DNA of 64,000 nt, taken from the NCBI GenBank assembly GCA_036172245.1, contig JAYWIR010000021.1:62001-126000 (forward strand). The letters are read 5' to 3'. Numbering within the stretch: position 1 is the first letter of the stretch; each line of letters opens with the position of its first letter. Positions 23,140 through 35,970 of the stretch are shown here, piece after piece. Source of the DNA: Raillietiella orientalis. Lineage: Eukaryota. The notes under the pieces are model-generated. The model did not search any database. It saw nothing but the letters and a program-made list of their open reading frames with translations, and was not told where the DNA came from. The position numbers and the translations under genes were made by a program.

Positions 23140-26100
23140 AATGGTTGCGGACGGGACGAGTCGAAAGCATCAACGGCTTGCAGCTGCTGCATCGCATCTC
23201 TCAAGGACTCTCCGACTGCTTTGCTTTCCTTATTTCCATTTGCAATAGAGTTATGATTAAATTTAAGATGTGGAAGTGAGACAGCAACATTTTTCATTTC
23301 CCTTAATGATGACCGTTTGCAAGTTTTCAGCGACTCGGAAGAATAAGTTCGCTTCAACAGCGGGGCACTATTTCCGTGTTTTTTGTTACGTCGATCTCTT
23401 CCCAGTAGGATGATTAAACGAAACCGACTTTTTCCTTTTCATCCCTATCTCATCTGCAGTCCTTTTCCCACTTTGCATCTTTGGGACGATCGGACACGTT
23501 TTGAATCATAAACAAGCATTGATCCACGAAGGGAATTCCTCATGTTCATTTTGAATTGAACTGTACGCGTCCATGTGGACGTACAAGGAGATCGGTCGAT
23601 CGATCTACTCACTACTGTACAGTGTTTTTCTCTTTTTCATTGGCCTGGTCTCATTGGATCATTTGGATCAGGAAATTTTCAGCCCACTGCTCAACGAACT
23701 TGTCCACTGAAGAAATAATAAATTCAAATGCGAAGAGTTGGAAGTCATTTTCTTGCTCAATAAAGGAACCCATTGAAGTGGATGAACTCCGTTCCGGGAG
23801 CAAATGCTTCCCGAGGGAATCCTCTTCTAAAGGACATCCTATTCAAATGGGTCTGCAATGCTCCTCTCGATTGAACAGTACTCTTCTCATCCTCGATGGA
23901 ACCTGAAATTTTGAGCACGCTGCGCCTGCTTCCGATCCGTTTTCATTGCACGTGCAGCTGACAAAATACTTGCAATTTCAAAACACTTTACCTTTAGCCG
24001 ACATCGCCAATTCGGAATCAATCATTCTTCATGGGAACGAAGCAAATAACACTCCCACGCAAGAGCCCAAAACCTGGATGCATGTTTTTTGCGACATCGC
24101 TTGCTAGAAAGAATCCATTGGAATTTCCAACATTGGGCAGACATTCCATCTGCAAACCAATGGGCAGCATGGAAACGAGGAATTTCAAGAAATTTTTTTT
24201 CAGCAGTCAGGATTCGATCAATTCGACGTGCCTTTCCGATCGAAAGCTGATCTCCGAAGCCTACTCTTCACTATTTGTTTCAAAGTAGTAATGGACAATG
24301 ATAAAAGAGAGGATTTCTGTGATTTCAGTGAGATGGCATCATGGTCCCCAGCTTCATTTTTTGGACGGCAATGGGAGACGGAAAGGCTCCAACTGGAAGT
24401 CTGTCAACCAAGGGTATATCGATGAACTCTTTTTCTCTGTACCCTCCTCGCCTCATAATGCAACTGTGTAGTAGGTACGTTATGAGATTGCCCCCATCTC
24501 AAACAGTTCGTTTGGAAACAAAACGACGAAAGATGGCTGGACGGTGGTCATCTTCGGGTAGTTGCCCAAGGTTCATCGTTGTGCTTTGTTCTTACCGTTC
24601 TGTTGTCCTTTCAAATCCAAGCAGACGAATTTCTGCAAACATTCGACTTTTCACTGTCAGATGGAAAAGCACTCTTCTGTTTCGTACTCGCAGCTATGCG
24701 GTATATAAATTTCAAGACTACTGACTTTGCCTTCTTACTTACGCAATACCTCACTGCCAAGTTCGAGACCTCTTTCTACATTTTGCACCTCTCTCCCAAA
24801 AGCTACTGAGCTGTTTAATCTTTATTGCCCCTCGGGCAGTTTTGGTCAATGCTGAGAAACGCACTTGATGAAAATCCTTGGATATTCCGATTCTAATGCC
24901 TGCTCATTACATCAGCACTTGTTTTTTTTTGCTGGTTTCCATGAAGCCAACGGGAAAATGAGTTTGTTTCTGTTCCTCAAGTACGCCATCAAGCACAAGT
25001 CCTTCACTTAACGCAGAGAGGGCTTCTTTGCTTGAAGTGCCTTTTATGTATGTACAGTGCTGTAATTTAAAACAGTTCCTCAGCTTTACTGATTATTTAT
25101 TTTCCGCACAAATTTGTGTTCCTCAAATAGTGATTCCAAATCTTTTCTTTCTGCAAGAAAACACAGAACTGGTTTTTCACGTTCATTTGAATTCAAAGAA
25201 CTGAACTGAACCGAGATCGTGGTGAGACACATTCTGCAATCTAACCAAGTAGTGCAAAGAAAGGCTTCAACGACCCTTTGACTCCGCTGAAATCGGATGT
25301 TTTAACTGAGTATGTTAATCCGCTGAAATTACTCGAAATTCGCCACTGCCATAAAGACATTCAGTTACCGTATACATAAAAGGCTCGATTTTTCAATATC
25401 TTGATTCCTTGATTTCCAACTTTTAGGAGGCCTTTCCAATGTTGCAAGTAAAACCGAAAGAGCGGGTACATCTGAGATGCCTTGCGAAACTGTTTTTCTT
25501 TTCTTTTTTCTACGAATGTCACGTGATGATGTAAGGTTCTAAAACTTATCGGAGACACACTTCTAACAACAGAACTTATACTCACAACGATAACATGACA
25601 TTTAAAAGAATGCACATTTCATAATTCGATAAATATACATGGAGTGAAGAATAGGGAGATGTTCTTGTTCATAAAAATAAAGCTTCATTTCCTAAAGGAT
25701 TTAAAAAAAAAACACACATTTTTTCCAAAAATAATCGCAGTTAAGTTATCCATTTTATTCAGATTAAACTGGTGGAAAATAAAAACTCCACAAAAATCTT
25801 GAATGATAAAAAAAGAAAACCACATGTAACAAAAGCGAATGAATAGGCACAAGTGATTTTCGAGGGCATGTTTGTGAAGAATTACTCAACATTCCCAATG
25901 TGTTTTGTATAAAGTGCATGGAGGTCCCTACTTAGGACTTCTGCGCACAAAAAAGTTAACGGAAACATCTAGGGGAAAGATAGCATAGAAACATCTATAC
26001 TATCTTTCGCCTAGTCAATTCAAAATTCTTATCGACTCCTCAGGGTGATAAACGGTCGATCTATTCCTATTATGTGCATTTCTATTCAATTTTCATATAA

Positions 26101-26673
26101 ATGTCAGTACGTATCTCCTATTACTTAATTAATTCTGCTGCTTGATTTCTATTTCCATTCTTAATCGCTGAGGCTTGTATTAAAGTGAGAACATTAAAAA
26201 TAACTCATGTTTTTATCGAGAACACAGAGTAATTTTTCTTTCTGATACATGCATCCGAATCCCAATGGGCAATTAGCTAGCTTTAAGCCTGAAAGTTCCA
26301 ATGAAGAAAATAAAATTAGAACATTATTTATCAATAGAGAATTCCTCTCTCACAAGTTTACTCACTTCTCTTTCATTGTGGTGTCTAAAGTGCTCTTTGT
26401 CTTTATAATAAAACTCAGTTTTGTGTGAAATGTGAATCATAGCTTATGATCATTCTCAAGTTCATGATTTCGAAGAGAAAATTTTTTTTATAATTTATAT
26501 TTCAGAAATACCTTGGTAGTGCTTGGTTGCACCTGCGCTTGTGTCGGTGCTGTGCAAACGGAAAACCGTTCTGCTTGAAACACGAATATTTTTTAATCTA
26601 TGGAGCGATAATCAGTAAGCTATGTACAGGTAAGGATGTGGAAGGAAATAGAGAGACAAATGTATTTCTTACG

Positions 26674-26736
26674 TTTAGGTGATGAAATTTAGAGGCTGTT
26701 AATGAAATGAAATGATTCTTAAATATGCTGAAATAA
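26674..26736 (+). ncRNA. Box C/D snoRNA candidate, LSU rRNA 2'-O-methylation guide (SNORD95-like target)
   Basis: Box C GTGATGA 26679-26685, guide TAGAGGCTGTT 26690-26700 complementary to conserved LSU AACAGCCUCUA, D'-like ATGA 26702-26705, box D CTGA 26728-26731. Box D lies 71 nt upstream of the 3' splice site. Confidence 0.65.
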
Positions 26737-27267
26737 ATATTTGTAACAAAGAGTTCAAATTAGTTCGGTGATGTACTTAATGCTTTTCATTTTTTTTTTC
26801 AGAGCTTTCTGGCAGACTCATAAGCTTTCCTGTTGCCAAATAATCACAGTGCCCGGTGATTAAATTACAGCAGCAGATTACTAAAGATGGAATGTCTTCA
26901 AAAAGTTATCAATCAAACTTACTGTGCATTACTAAATTGTGATGCTTGCCCAATGCAGTTTGCTTGCCTATTTTTTGATTTTATGCAGGTAGGTGTTTTT
27001 TCTATTAGGATAAGCTTTGAGACTCTACTTGAGAGGTCAGTTGCCATTTCAAAGTATACGTTATCCTTGGAAACTTACCTGATTGGATAAAGTAGCTGTA
27101 TAGTTAGTAATGATCTGGAGTTTATCATGATGTGAGTTCGAAGAGGAGCATTTTAGGATTCTGATAATCATAAACTATACAAATTTCCAGGATTCAAGAA
27201 ATGACAACTTCAAGAAAAGGTATATCTTCATACCTGTTCCATACTTCTTTCTGTGGGTTTATTCAGC

Positions 27268-27351
27268 ATACGGTGATGAAAATGTTTCTTGAAACTCAAA
27301 GCCTGAGAGCTGAGATCCTGAAAGTTTTTCAGTTTCATAATTCTGAGCATT
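27268..27351 (+). ncRNA. Second box C/D snoRNA candidate, target not identified
   Basis: GTGATGA near 27273, internal CTGA boxes, terminal CTGA near 27343-27346, about 76 nt upstream of the acceptor at 27422. Confidence 0.45.
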
Positions 27352-30300
27352 GAAAATTCTACATTCTTTGAAAGAAGTAGTATCAACTGATTTCTTTGCT
27401 AAAAATGAATTAAGAATTTCAGCATGGAACTGTGTTTCCTAAATATTTCCTATAATTCACTTTCAAGATTTAATATAAGTATTATATTCAAAATCAGGTG
27501 TAAAATTATTATTCTATTATAATAAATAAATAATGTATTTAGACATTTTTATATTACATAATATGGTGTATATGTATATATATATGTATAACTACATGCA
27601 CCAATTAAATGATTCAGTTATCCTGTTTGCAGTGAAGCATGGCAGCTTTGTACAAAAGTTTCTGTGAGATACATACAATCTTTTGTGTATATAATTTTAA
27701 ATAGTTAGCCAACAGAGTGCTTCCCTTTTTTTTGTTATTGACAATGCAATTTCCAGAATTTCACTGCATGAGAACATCAGCCTTTCTGAGATTTGGTCTA
27801 TTTGTTGTATTCCATTGCAGTTAGGAATTGGTAATTCGAATTTTTTTCTCCCCTTCCACTTGCTCACCTTCCTCCACTGATGCATCTGCAAAAAAAAACT
27901 TTTTAGTCAGAGTTACGACTAAGTATGTTTATGCATTAAATATGCAATACATGATTATGCACTTCATTTTCAAGGGAAATTACAAAAGCAAGTTATACAT
28001 CTGTTTTTGAATCATATCGTTGCTTTATCATGTTGCTAGTCAATTTCTCCAAGATGTACAGTTTTAATGATAAGGTAATTGCTAGAGGTATCTTCATGTT
28101 AAGTAAACTGTAAAGCTCATTCAAGCTATCATCAGATTGTGTGCATATACCTTTGTCCATATTTTTACAAAAGAAGAATTAGTGTTTTTTCATCTTTTGC
28201 TTGTTTTTAATTAATTTAAAGTTTTTCGTTGAACGCTTTTGTATAACATTGTCTGTTGCTAACTTGGTTGGTTAGAATTTCTCTGATGAGACTTGCTATT
28301 CCTGTCATACTACCATTTCCACTGAAAGCATCAAGCTTAGTTAATAATCTTGAAGACATGTCATAAAGGAGCAATACTCTGTTGAACTTTTTCAAGATGA
28401 CAGTATTTTTACATGTTATCACTTTTCTTTTTTGTAATGTTTTTGGTTTATGCTATGTTTTTAGCTTGTTTAGTGTTTGCTCCCAAAGGTGAAGTTTTAC
28501 ATCTCTCTTAAATATAACAGGAAGGAATGTGATTCAAATTTCATATTGTATGAGTCTTTTCTCTTATGTATTTCACATAATTGTATACTGTCTCTGTAGC
28601 CAACCTCAAAGTGAGAATGCTTTCATGACTACAGTGTGGTTGGAATGTGTTTGTAACAAGTGGTAGGTAGTACTAGTGTAATGTTGCTTTGGTTGACTGG
28701 TTCACTTAATGCAGCGTTTCCAATTCCAGCAGCAGGCTTCATCCACTCTTTTAGCATGTGTGTAAATTCGCAGTGTTGTAACATGTACGCGTTTTCCATT
28801 TCTCTCCTGTTCTTTTTACCATTTTACAGAAATCAATCCAGTTTCAGGAAAAGTTTATATCGTGACCAGAATCTGTGGAGTAATACATGCTTTAGTGATA
28901 TATGCTGTCATCTTCAATCAGTGTTTGCATGATACCCTTGTTTTTGTTCATATGTTCAATTGGGTTCCGAATTCTGCTGAGAAATTAATGAATGTAGAGA
29001 TTCCTTTAAAAAAACAGGAAGTGCACCCTAAAGTTCTTATTGCCTCATTAACGAGGAATTAGAAATGCGTTTTTTTGTTTTAATATATAGTTTTTGCTGT
29101 TGGGAGCAAATGTTGTTTTTTGTGTTTTTTAGTTGTTAAGGGGAAAACAGTTGTGACAAAGTGGGAGAGTATTCCAGTGCTCGTCAAAGTATTTGTAATA
29201 AGGTCGATGTACCAGCTATCCGAAATATCCTCCATGCCTAAGAAACTCTCAAAACTTATGGAAATCTACGGAAATCCAGAACTGGATTTATACGATGTAA
29301 ATTAAGGTCATCCCGGTTTCATTTACCTTTATATAGAATAGGAAGCCCAGACATGTAGGAATTTAGAGTTTGGATGTTTGTTTTCATATTTAGAGTCCAG
29401 GCCCCTTCTCAATTTAGGAACTCTAACAAGGAGCATCTTGAAGGCAATTTCGTTTTTTACTGAAAGAAGTGGAGTGGAACTTTCTGATTGCCTGGTAGGA
29501 AGATTCAGAAAATCTTGACAGGATATCGGTTACCACTGTTTATCGGTTTTAATGAGGTTCCTCTTCAGTTCCTTCTGTGCTCTCCGAAACTTGCTAGGTT
29601 TTTTTTTTCTTGAAGTATTGGTTTCCTCTCCACGTAGCCACTGCATACAAGCGATGATTATTGATTGCTTCGTATGAGGGATGTGTTCGATGGACCTTCC
29701 AAGTCCGCTGGAGATGGCCTGGAAAGAATGTCAGCACGATCATTCCCACATACGCAACACTTTTACTTGCCGTTCCTCGTACAGGCAAAGAAAGGATAAA
29801 TTTTCTTTCAGTGCAGTTTAACAAGGAGTAGTAAAAATGGGACACTGAATGCGGTTTTGCTCGGAAACACCTTTCGCTAACACTCGTATGTACACGATAA
29901 TTCGTTTCTGATATACTCGGAAGTAAATTGCAGGAATATGTTACCCCATAACCGAAGCTGTACACCTCCTACTGTACAGTTTTGGTTGTGTTGGAGATGA
30001 AAAGAGGAGCCACGAAAGTTGTTGGGAAGGAGCCCGCGATACTCCGAAGGAGTTGTTGTGGAATCACAATTTCGTTTTGAAGACCTAAGAACGGCCACCA
30101 AGGAAGGCAGATTCTTGTGGAACGCAATAGTTTTTGTCAGCCATGTCGGAGATGCTGCTGTCCCTATCTTCGTGCTGGAAGATGCCAAAACGCTGTCTAA
30201 TGGCATAGAGTGTTCAAGGACTTTTGTCTCGGCAAATGCAACAAGACGTTCTCCGATCCGTTTACGAGGTGGAGAGGGCTAAGGACGCTACTGAACACCG

Positions 30301-33300
30301 TTCCGAAGACTCGTATTGTGGAAAAATAGGTTCCATGCCTCAATTAGGGACGCATCGAGCTTGAAATGACTGTTTCGTGGTCCGAGGACTTGGTGGAAGA
30401 GACGATGTATGTGTTCCCCATGGATGACTGGGCGTGACCACGGCAACCATTTGCTCATGTGGTTTTCGTTGAAAGGAATGAGAAAGTCCTTGGAAAAAAA
30501 AAAAAAAAACATGCAGATTTCGCGCGGAAAAGACATATCGATAGATCCATTTCAAGAATACAAGCGGCCACAGGGGTGGCCTTTTTTTCCTGCGGTCGGA
30601 CGTGCCGACCCAGTGGATTTGCTTGCCCATGTGGCTGCAGCAGGCCAGAAATCTGTGGACTGCCACGCCTGTGCGCTGGAGCCCTCTTGTGTTCCGTGGA
30701 TTCTAAAAGAAATTAATGACGCGCGTTTGATTAATGACGAAGCGAACGTGTCCTAATGAAAAAGTACGCGAATTCCTATTCTGTGACAAAGGGCAAAGGC
30801 CATCTCGAGGAGGGGGGTAAGTCAGCTTTGCACTTCAAGCTTCCGACGACATAGGAGCGCTTTTTTGAGAGGCGGAAACGGATTGCCATTGCGTATCTTA
30901 TCACAGAGTAATATGGAATAATGTACTTATTACTGGCGAAGAAGAAATGAAATGAGGATCGTTTGTTCTCGCTCTGGCGGGTTTTCATCTGTTTCATCTC
31001 GTTTTCAGCAAAACGGTCACTTAATCGCTGGATGTTTGGGAGTATTCAGCATTACAGCGCCAATTTAGAGTTCATCCACTAATTACTCTAAATTACTTTT
31101 GTGCTTCTAATTACGTTCTCCCCAAATTTTAATTCATGCATCAACAAATTTGGAAACAATTATTTCTCTCTCGAAGAACGGAAATTCATTTCTGGTTGTG
31201 GTAAGCTTTGAGGTTCCAACCGCCAGGTTCCTTTTGCCAAGATCTCATGACATCCTTGTGGGACTGTCCTTGTGGGAAAAAGACACTTTGCATCCTTATG
31301 CTTGGGAATGCTTGAACGCCAAAGAAAAAAGCTTCTGAGTGCGAAAGGACCTTCAATCCTGCGTAAAAAAGGTTCACTAATTGCTGGTGATACCGTCGTT
31401 TTCATTTTAATGTGCATGGAAATTATGCACGCTGTGCATTCGTAGAAGGTGGAAAATTCATAAATTATACAGAAGGAATTGTCTATTACTTCCAAATGAA
31501 AGAATGGACATAACCGTGAAGGAACTGTTCCAGGTTGACTTCAGTGCCGGTAACCTGGAACGCTTTCCTTTGATCTGCAAATTAGTCCAGTTAATTGCTA
31601 CCTATTGCTCTCCCCTTCAGGCTGGTCTCCGATCATTATGTTTAGCTAAACAAAATGAACATTATGTTCATCGATTCTTGGAATCTCCCGTCCTTCCACT
31701 CAGCACGATGGGAAGCGAGGAGCAGTGCTTCACGTCTAAGGGTCGCTCTCCCGAAGGGGCTGCTTTCCCGCCAATTCCTCAACGGGTCCCCGATTTACCA
31801 CATCCCTTGCCACATCTGCAGGGAATCTGGCAAATCGATTTCAACTTCCGTTCGCTTTCCAAGATCGGGACGCAGTCTTTTCAAAGTGCTGTCTGCAGAT
31901 TATGTACTTATGCTGCTCTCGTAATTGAGATGATCTCGAGCTTTCGGAGACAAAGGGCAAATTCAGATTACAATTAGGGATGCTCTGTGGTATCCAAGCA
32001 CATTTCTGAATGATTTCCAAGGGATCCAAATCACCAACGTGCGATGATAATTGCCAACCGATGTGGTGGCGATCCGACTGGTGGTGGTTATCAGAAACCT
32101 CTCATCTGGGTATCCTGGCTTTCTCTGGAAGGGTCGCAAAAGTGATCTGTGGTAAGGCATCTGCATGTACCTTTGTGTGTTTGCTTGCCAGTCTGTCGAA
32201 TTTGCCTCTCCTTGTCTTGAAGTCCGCTCTTCCGAATGTTTTCGATCTCCATGCGCACAAGTCAGGGGTCCGATTTTGGGGGGATTCGAGGACGATGTCG
32301 CACGAATTCTCAATGTAGAAGCACCGCTAATGCAGAAGAAGAACACTCGGAAGCACTGGAACGGTATTTCCAAATCCGTTCGTCTCTTGCAACGCTCTCT
32401 ACGTGTCTGCTCCGTTTAGAAGGAAGGAACACAGCTTGCTTCTGAGTGGCATCGATTTCAAATCTCCCCGTTCAGACGCCCATGCAGAACGGTTTCTTAC
32501 GACAAAAGGCTCACGCCACGAAAAGCGTGAGTTTCTCTGCAGTCTGGAGTCCTTGTTCGAGGGCTGGAGGCACCGTCTCTGTTGCATTAACCACAGCAAA
32601 ATAGTGGAAAATCCAGAGGTGGTTCTGATGCCCGCACTGTACAAACAGAAAGGTTTGTCGGCTGCGACACAGTACTTGGTACTGAAAGTACCCCCTCCAG
32701 GAACGGTTTCATTCCGATCCCTCGATTTCCTCCCGTGACAGTGACCACTGCTGACGTGGGATCACGCAGTTCTCTTCGTCTTCCTGTTGGCAAACCACGA
32801 GTTTTTGCATCGTCACCGAGAACTATACTTTTTGCGCGCCAGTTTACAGGAAGACGTGATATGAAAATACCGGATGAAAATTTGCAATTCGATGGGAGCG
32901 GACACAAGAACAGCCGGGATCTTCCTGGAATCCCAGAGGGTTTTCCGATCACTGCTTCTTTTTTTTTGTGCTTTTTGTAGAAGAAAAAAAAAAAAGAAGA
33001 AGAAGAAAGAAACGGACACATGTGGATGCTGAAGGTGAAAATTTTTTGCTACAGTGCAGCCAACATTTTATCCTGCTCAAGAATTACGTTCTTGCTTTTA
33101 AATGTGCGTGTGGCAGCAGCGATGGGTTTTTTTTCCCGTCCCAAAACGTTTTCGAGAAGAATTATTTGCACGCATCCACTCGGCAGTGAGGGAATGCGTT
33201 TGAAAGATGCTTATCTGTACCGTGCGCGCATCGCCGTCGCGCGGCGCTTCGCTCGTATCCCACGGGAACTCCGCTCTCTACGAAGGTGCTTTCGGGCCTT

Positions 33301-33499
33301 GTAGAACTGCATTTTATCTAAAATGCCTGTTCATCGATCTGCTTCCCCTGGCTGATGATTGACGGAGGTGGAGGCTGGGAGGGAGTGCGAATGGGGAGAA
33401 CCGCGTGTACCAAACTTACTGTTTTGTTCTGAAAGCAACAAGGGTACTTGAAATGTAAGGTACTTAAAATACCCCAGCCAGCTCCGGGGTGTTGCAAGA

Positions 33500-34260
33500 A
33501 TGGCTGCAGATCATTGCACGATTGAGCAGGCTGAGCCACGGAGCTCATGACTCGGTCTTGCTCCCGTTGAAAGTGAAACGCGGGGTGAAAGCTGCTGCGG
33601 AGGCGCGCCGTACGTGCGTGGCACTTTCAGCCCTCTGCTCGAAATTTTCCTCTGCCTCGTGATGACCAGGGAACGATGCGACTTGGTCGTTGACTTATCA
33701 GAGTATCAGTTCCTGGCTTATCTTAGTGTTGGGAACTCTTGTCTGTCTCTCGGTTACTTCATTTTCCGACATGACAGCAACCTTCTTCTCCATCTCCAAT
33801 CCAATTTGCTTTTGTTGGGAAAGTAGGGTGTAAACAGCTCTTCCCACATCACTACTTCCTTTCACAATAAATTTTCCTCGAGTCACTAAACCATGTATAC
33901 GGGCTGTACTTGCTATCCTTCCTCGGTTTACATAAACTTAACTCCATCAATGGACAACGAGCGTTTATTAACTCCCTCATTCGGAACAGTTCAAGTCGAG
34001 AGTAAAGAGATACTTCCCTGCGTGCACTTTTGGTCGCAGAGCACCTTTTTTCCAGCACCGCAAATCCTTGCCGACCTCCTCGTTCTGTGTCGGAAGCAAC
34101 GGTTGTGACGCGAACAACTTCCTCCCGTGTCCACGAAATGGGTCCCCGGAGTTGTTCCGTGCATCACTTGCGATAACTTACTCGGCACGAAGTACATCTG
34201 TGAAAAGTACGACATTGGTTGTGACCACAAAAGTTCGTATCAGGAACAACCTTGAGCTTC
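33500..34260 (-). mobile_element. Possible decayed LINE RNase H remnant
   Basis: A minus-strand frame near 34200 reads NVVLFTDVLRA, resembling the RNase H IFTDS motif. No ORF continuity. Confidence 0.2.
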
Positions 34261-35873
34261 TTTTTGGAAAGATTATTTTCTTTCACTGCTTCTGGGCTTA
34301 TCTGACGAAGGTACCTGGAATTTCGCTCCTCATACCATCTTTTTTCTTTCTTTCTCTTCATGAACGGAGTTCGGACTTTCTACTTTTCCCGCAGCCATGC
34401 ATTCGCTTCTGCCCCTTCGTTCCCTTTAGCCCGGCTGCCCGACTGGAAATCGAAAAGGCTGCAGTCCGATTTTTGCATCTTTCCTTTCTGCTGAACATTC
34501 ACGAATGGCGCCCGCGAATGGATGGTTGGGTCAACGAAGAGGAGGAAAGCTGCGAGGTTCGCCTCTTTTTTTTCTTCTGGCACGGAAGTGGCCAGGAGCG
34601 AAGAACGTGTTTGTGCGGCCGCGCGAGCGGCCTGCAGTCAGTGACGGCTGCCGCTTTATCAGCTTTATGTCACGTTGTCGGCGTCCGTCCGCGATTAACG
34701 TCGACAAAGTGTCCTCTGCAAGAAAAGGTGCTCCATTTTCCAGTGAAAGGGATTTGAATCGCTGCAGGGTGGCAGTGAAGCAAATCATCACGGTTTCCTA
34801 TTTGGGACGCTGATGAAAGAGTCGAGAGTTCCCACCGCAATCACGCAGAAGGAAAGTGCATTTCGGTTGCCCCCCCCCCCCCCTTCGTTACAAGAGGGAA
34901 ACTGGAAGAACGGGAGAGAAGCAGCACTCCAGCAGCAAACCTTGCTCGTACGCGCCCCTCACAGGAATGGCAGCAGCTTCCGAAAGAGCGGGTTTGTCGC
35001 CGTACCCTTCTGGAACCTCGCCATGCTGCACGAGTCTAGGGTTTGCACTTCCAGCTGATCTTCAGCGTTCCTACGGAGCTCCGGAAGCGATGCTTTCCCC
35101 GTGGGTTGCGGGGATCGCCGCCGCCGCGGTGGCCTCTGAAACAGGTGAGATGTCAGCCCCGCATTTGCATTCAGGTTACAATGGCAACGCGGGAGAGCAA
35201 GCTAGATGCTGGATCCTCGTGAAAGCCGTACGTGGCGCTCATCTTTGCTAGCGTCAAAGACTCGTCAACCCCTTCGTCATGTTTGGGAGATGCATGGCCG
35301 ATGGATCTCCCTCGGGAAAGTTCCTGAGCGGCAGGATGACCCGGGGCACGTTTCGTTTCAGAAACTTCCGAGCTCCGTGCTATACATTTCTGGAAACCGA
35401 GCTCCAACGTACAGCTTCATTGGCACTCTGACGGTCGGCACCTGTACTTGTCTTCCTTGCCGCACTGCCATCCGGTGCCACGCCACGTTTCCCATTCGAA
35501 TTTACCATAAAACCAGGGACTCCCCCTCTTGACAGAATTTCACCTGCAGTTTTAACTGCGTCCGAAACACGAAATATAATACGGTTCGTGTTTATGCGGA
35601 AATGAGCACCTGATTTGATTGGCCTTGGTTACGAAAACATCGAAAAAGACCCTCATCCGAAGACAGCCACGAGTGTCATTGGTGCTCTCCTTGCGTGCTC
35701 GGCAGAAGCTTAGGGACGAAAATGCTGTGTTTCCTACTCATCGGGCAAAATGATTGAATATATCAAATCCGAGAAACGCTTCGTGAAGGCATATCGAACA
35801 CATGTCTTCTTGTGAACCCTGAGCGTGAGACCTCCTGGCCTAGGATCCACGTACACGTATGTATTTGTGTGTG

Positions 35874-35910
35874 TATATATATACACACGCACTCGCTCGC
35901 ACACAGTTTG
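35874..35910 (+). promoter_or_regulatory. Core promoter of gene C
   Basis: TATATATATA 35874-35883 and Inr-like ACAGTT about 30 nt downstream. The TATA tract starts 97 nt before the ATG, versus 96 nt in gene A. Confidence 0.5.
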
Positions 35911-35970
35911 CAGGTTTCAGATTCTTCTGATCCAATCGAAGGGTCTGGAAGCTCAGCGAGCAGACCGAAG

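Larger units (their letters stand above)
26365..29100 (+). ncRNA. Putative spliced non-coding snoRNA host gene in an AT-rich island
   Basis: TCT/5'TOP-like cttctctttc near 26367. Strong splice sites (tttcag| 26506, |gtaagg 26630, ttttcag| 26803, |gtaggt 26989, ttccag| 27191, |gtatat 27220, tttcag| 27423, ctgtag| 28600, ttacag| 28830) without a credible ORF. Intronic box C/D pairs. Ends are approximate. Confidence 0.5.
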
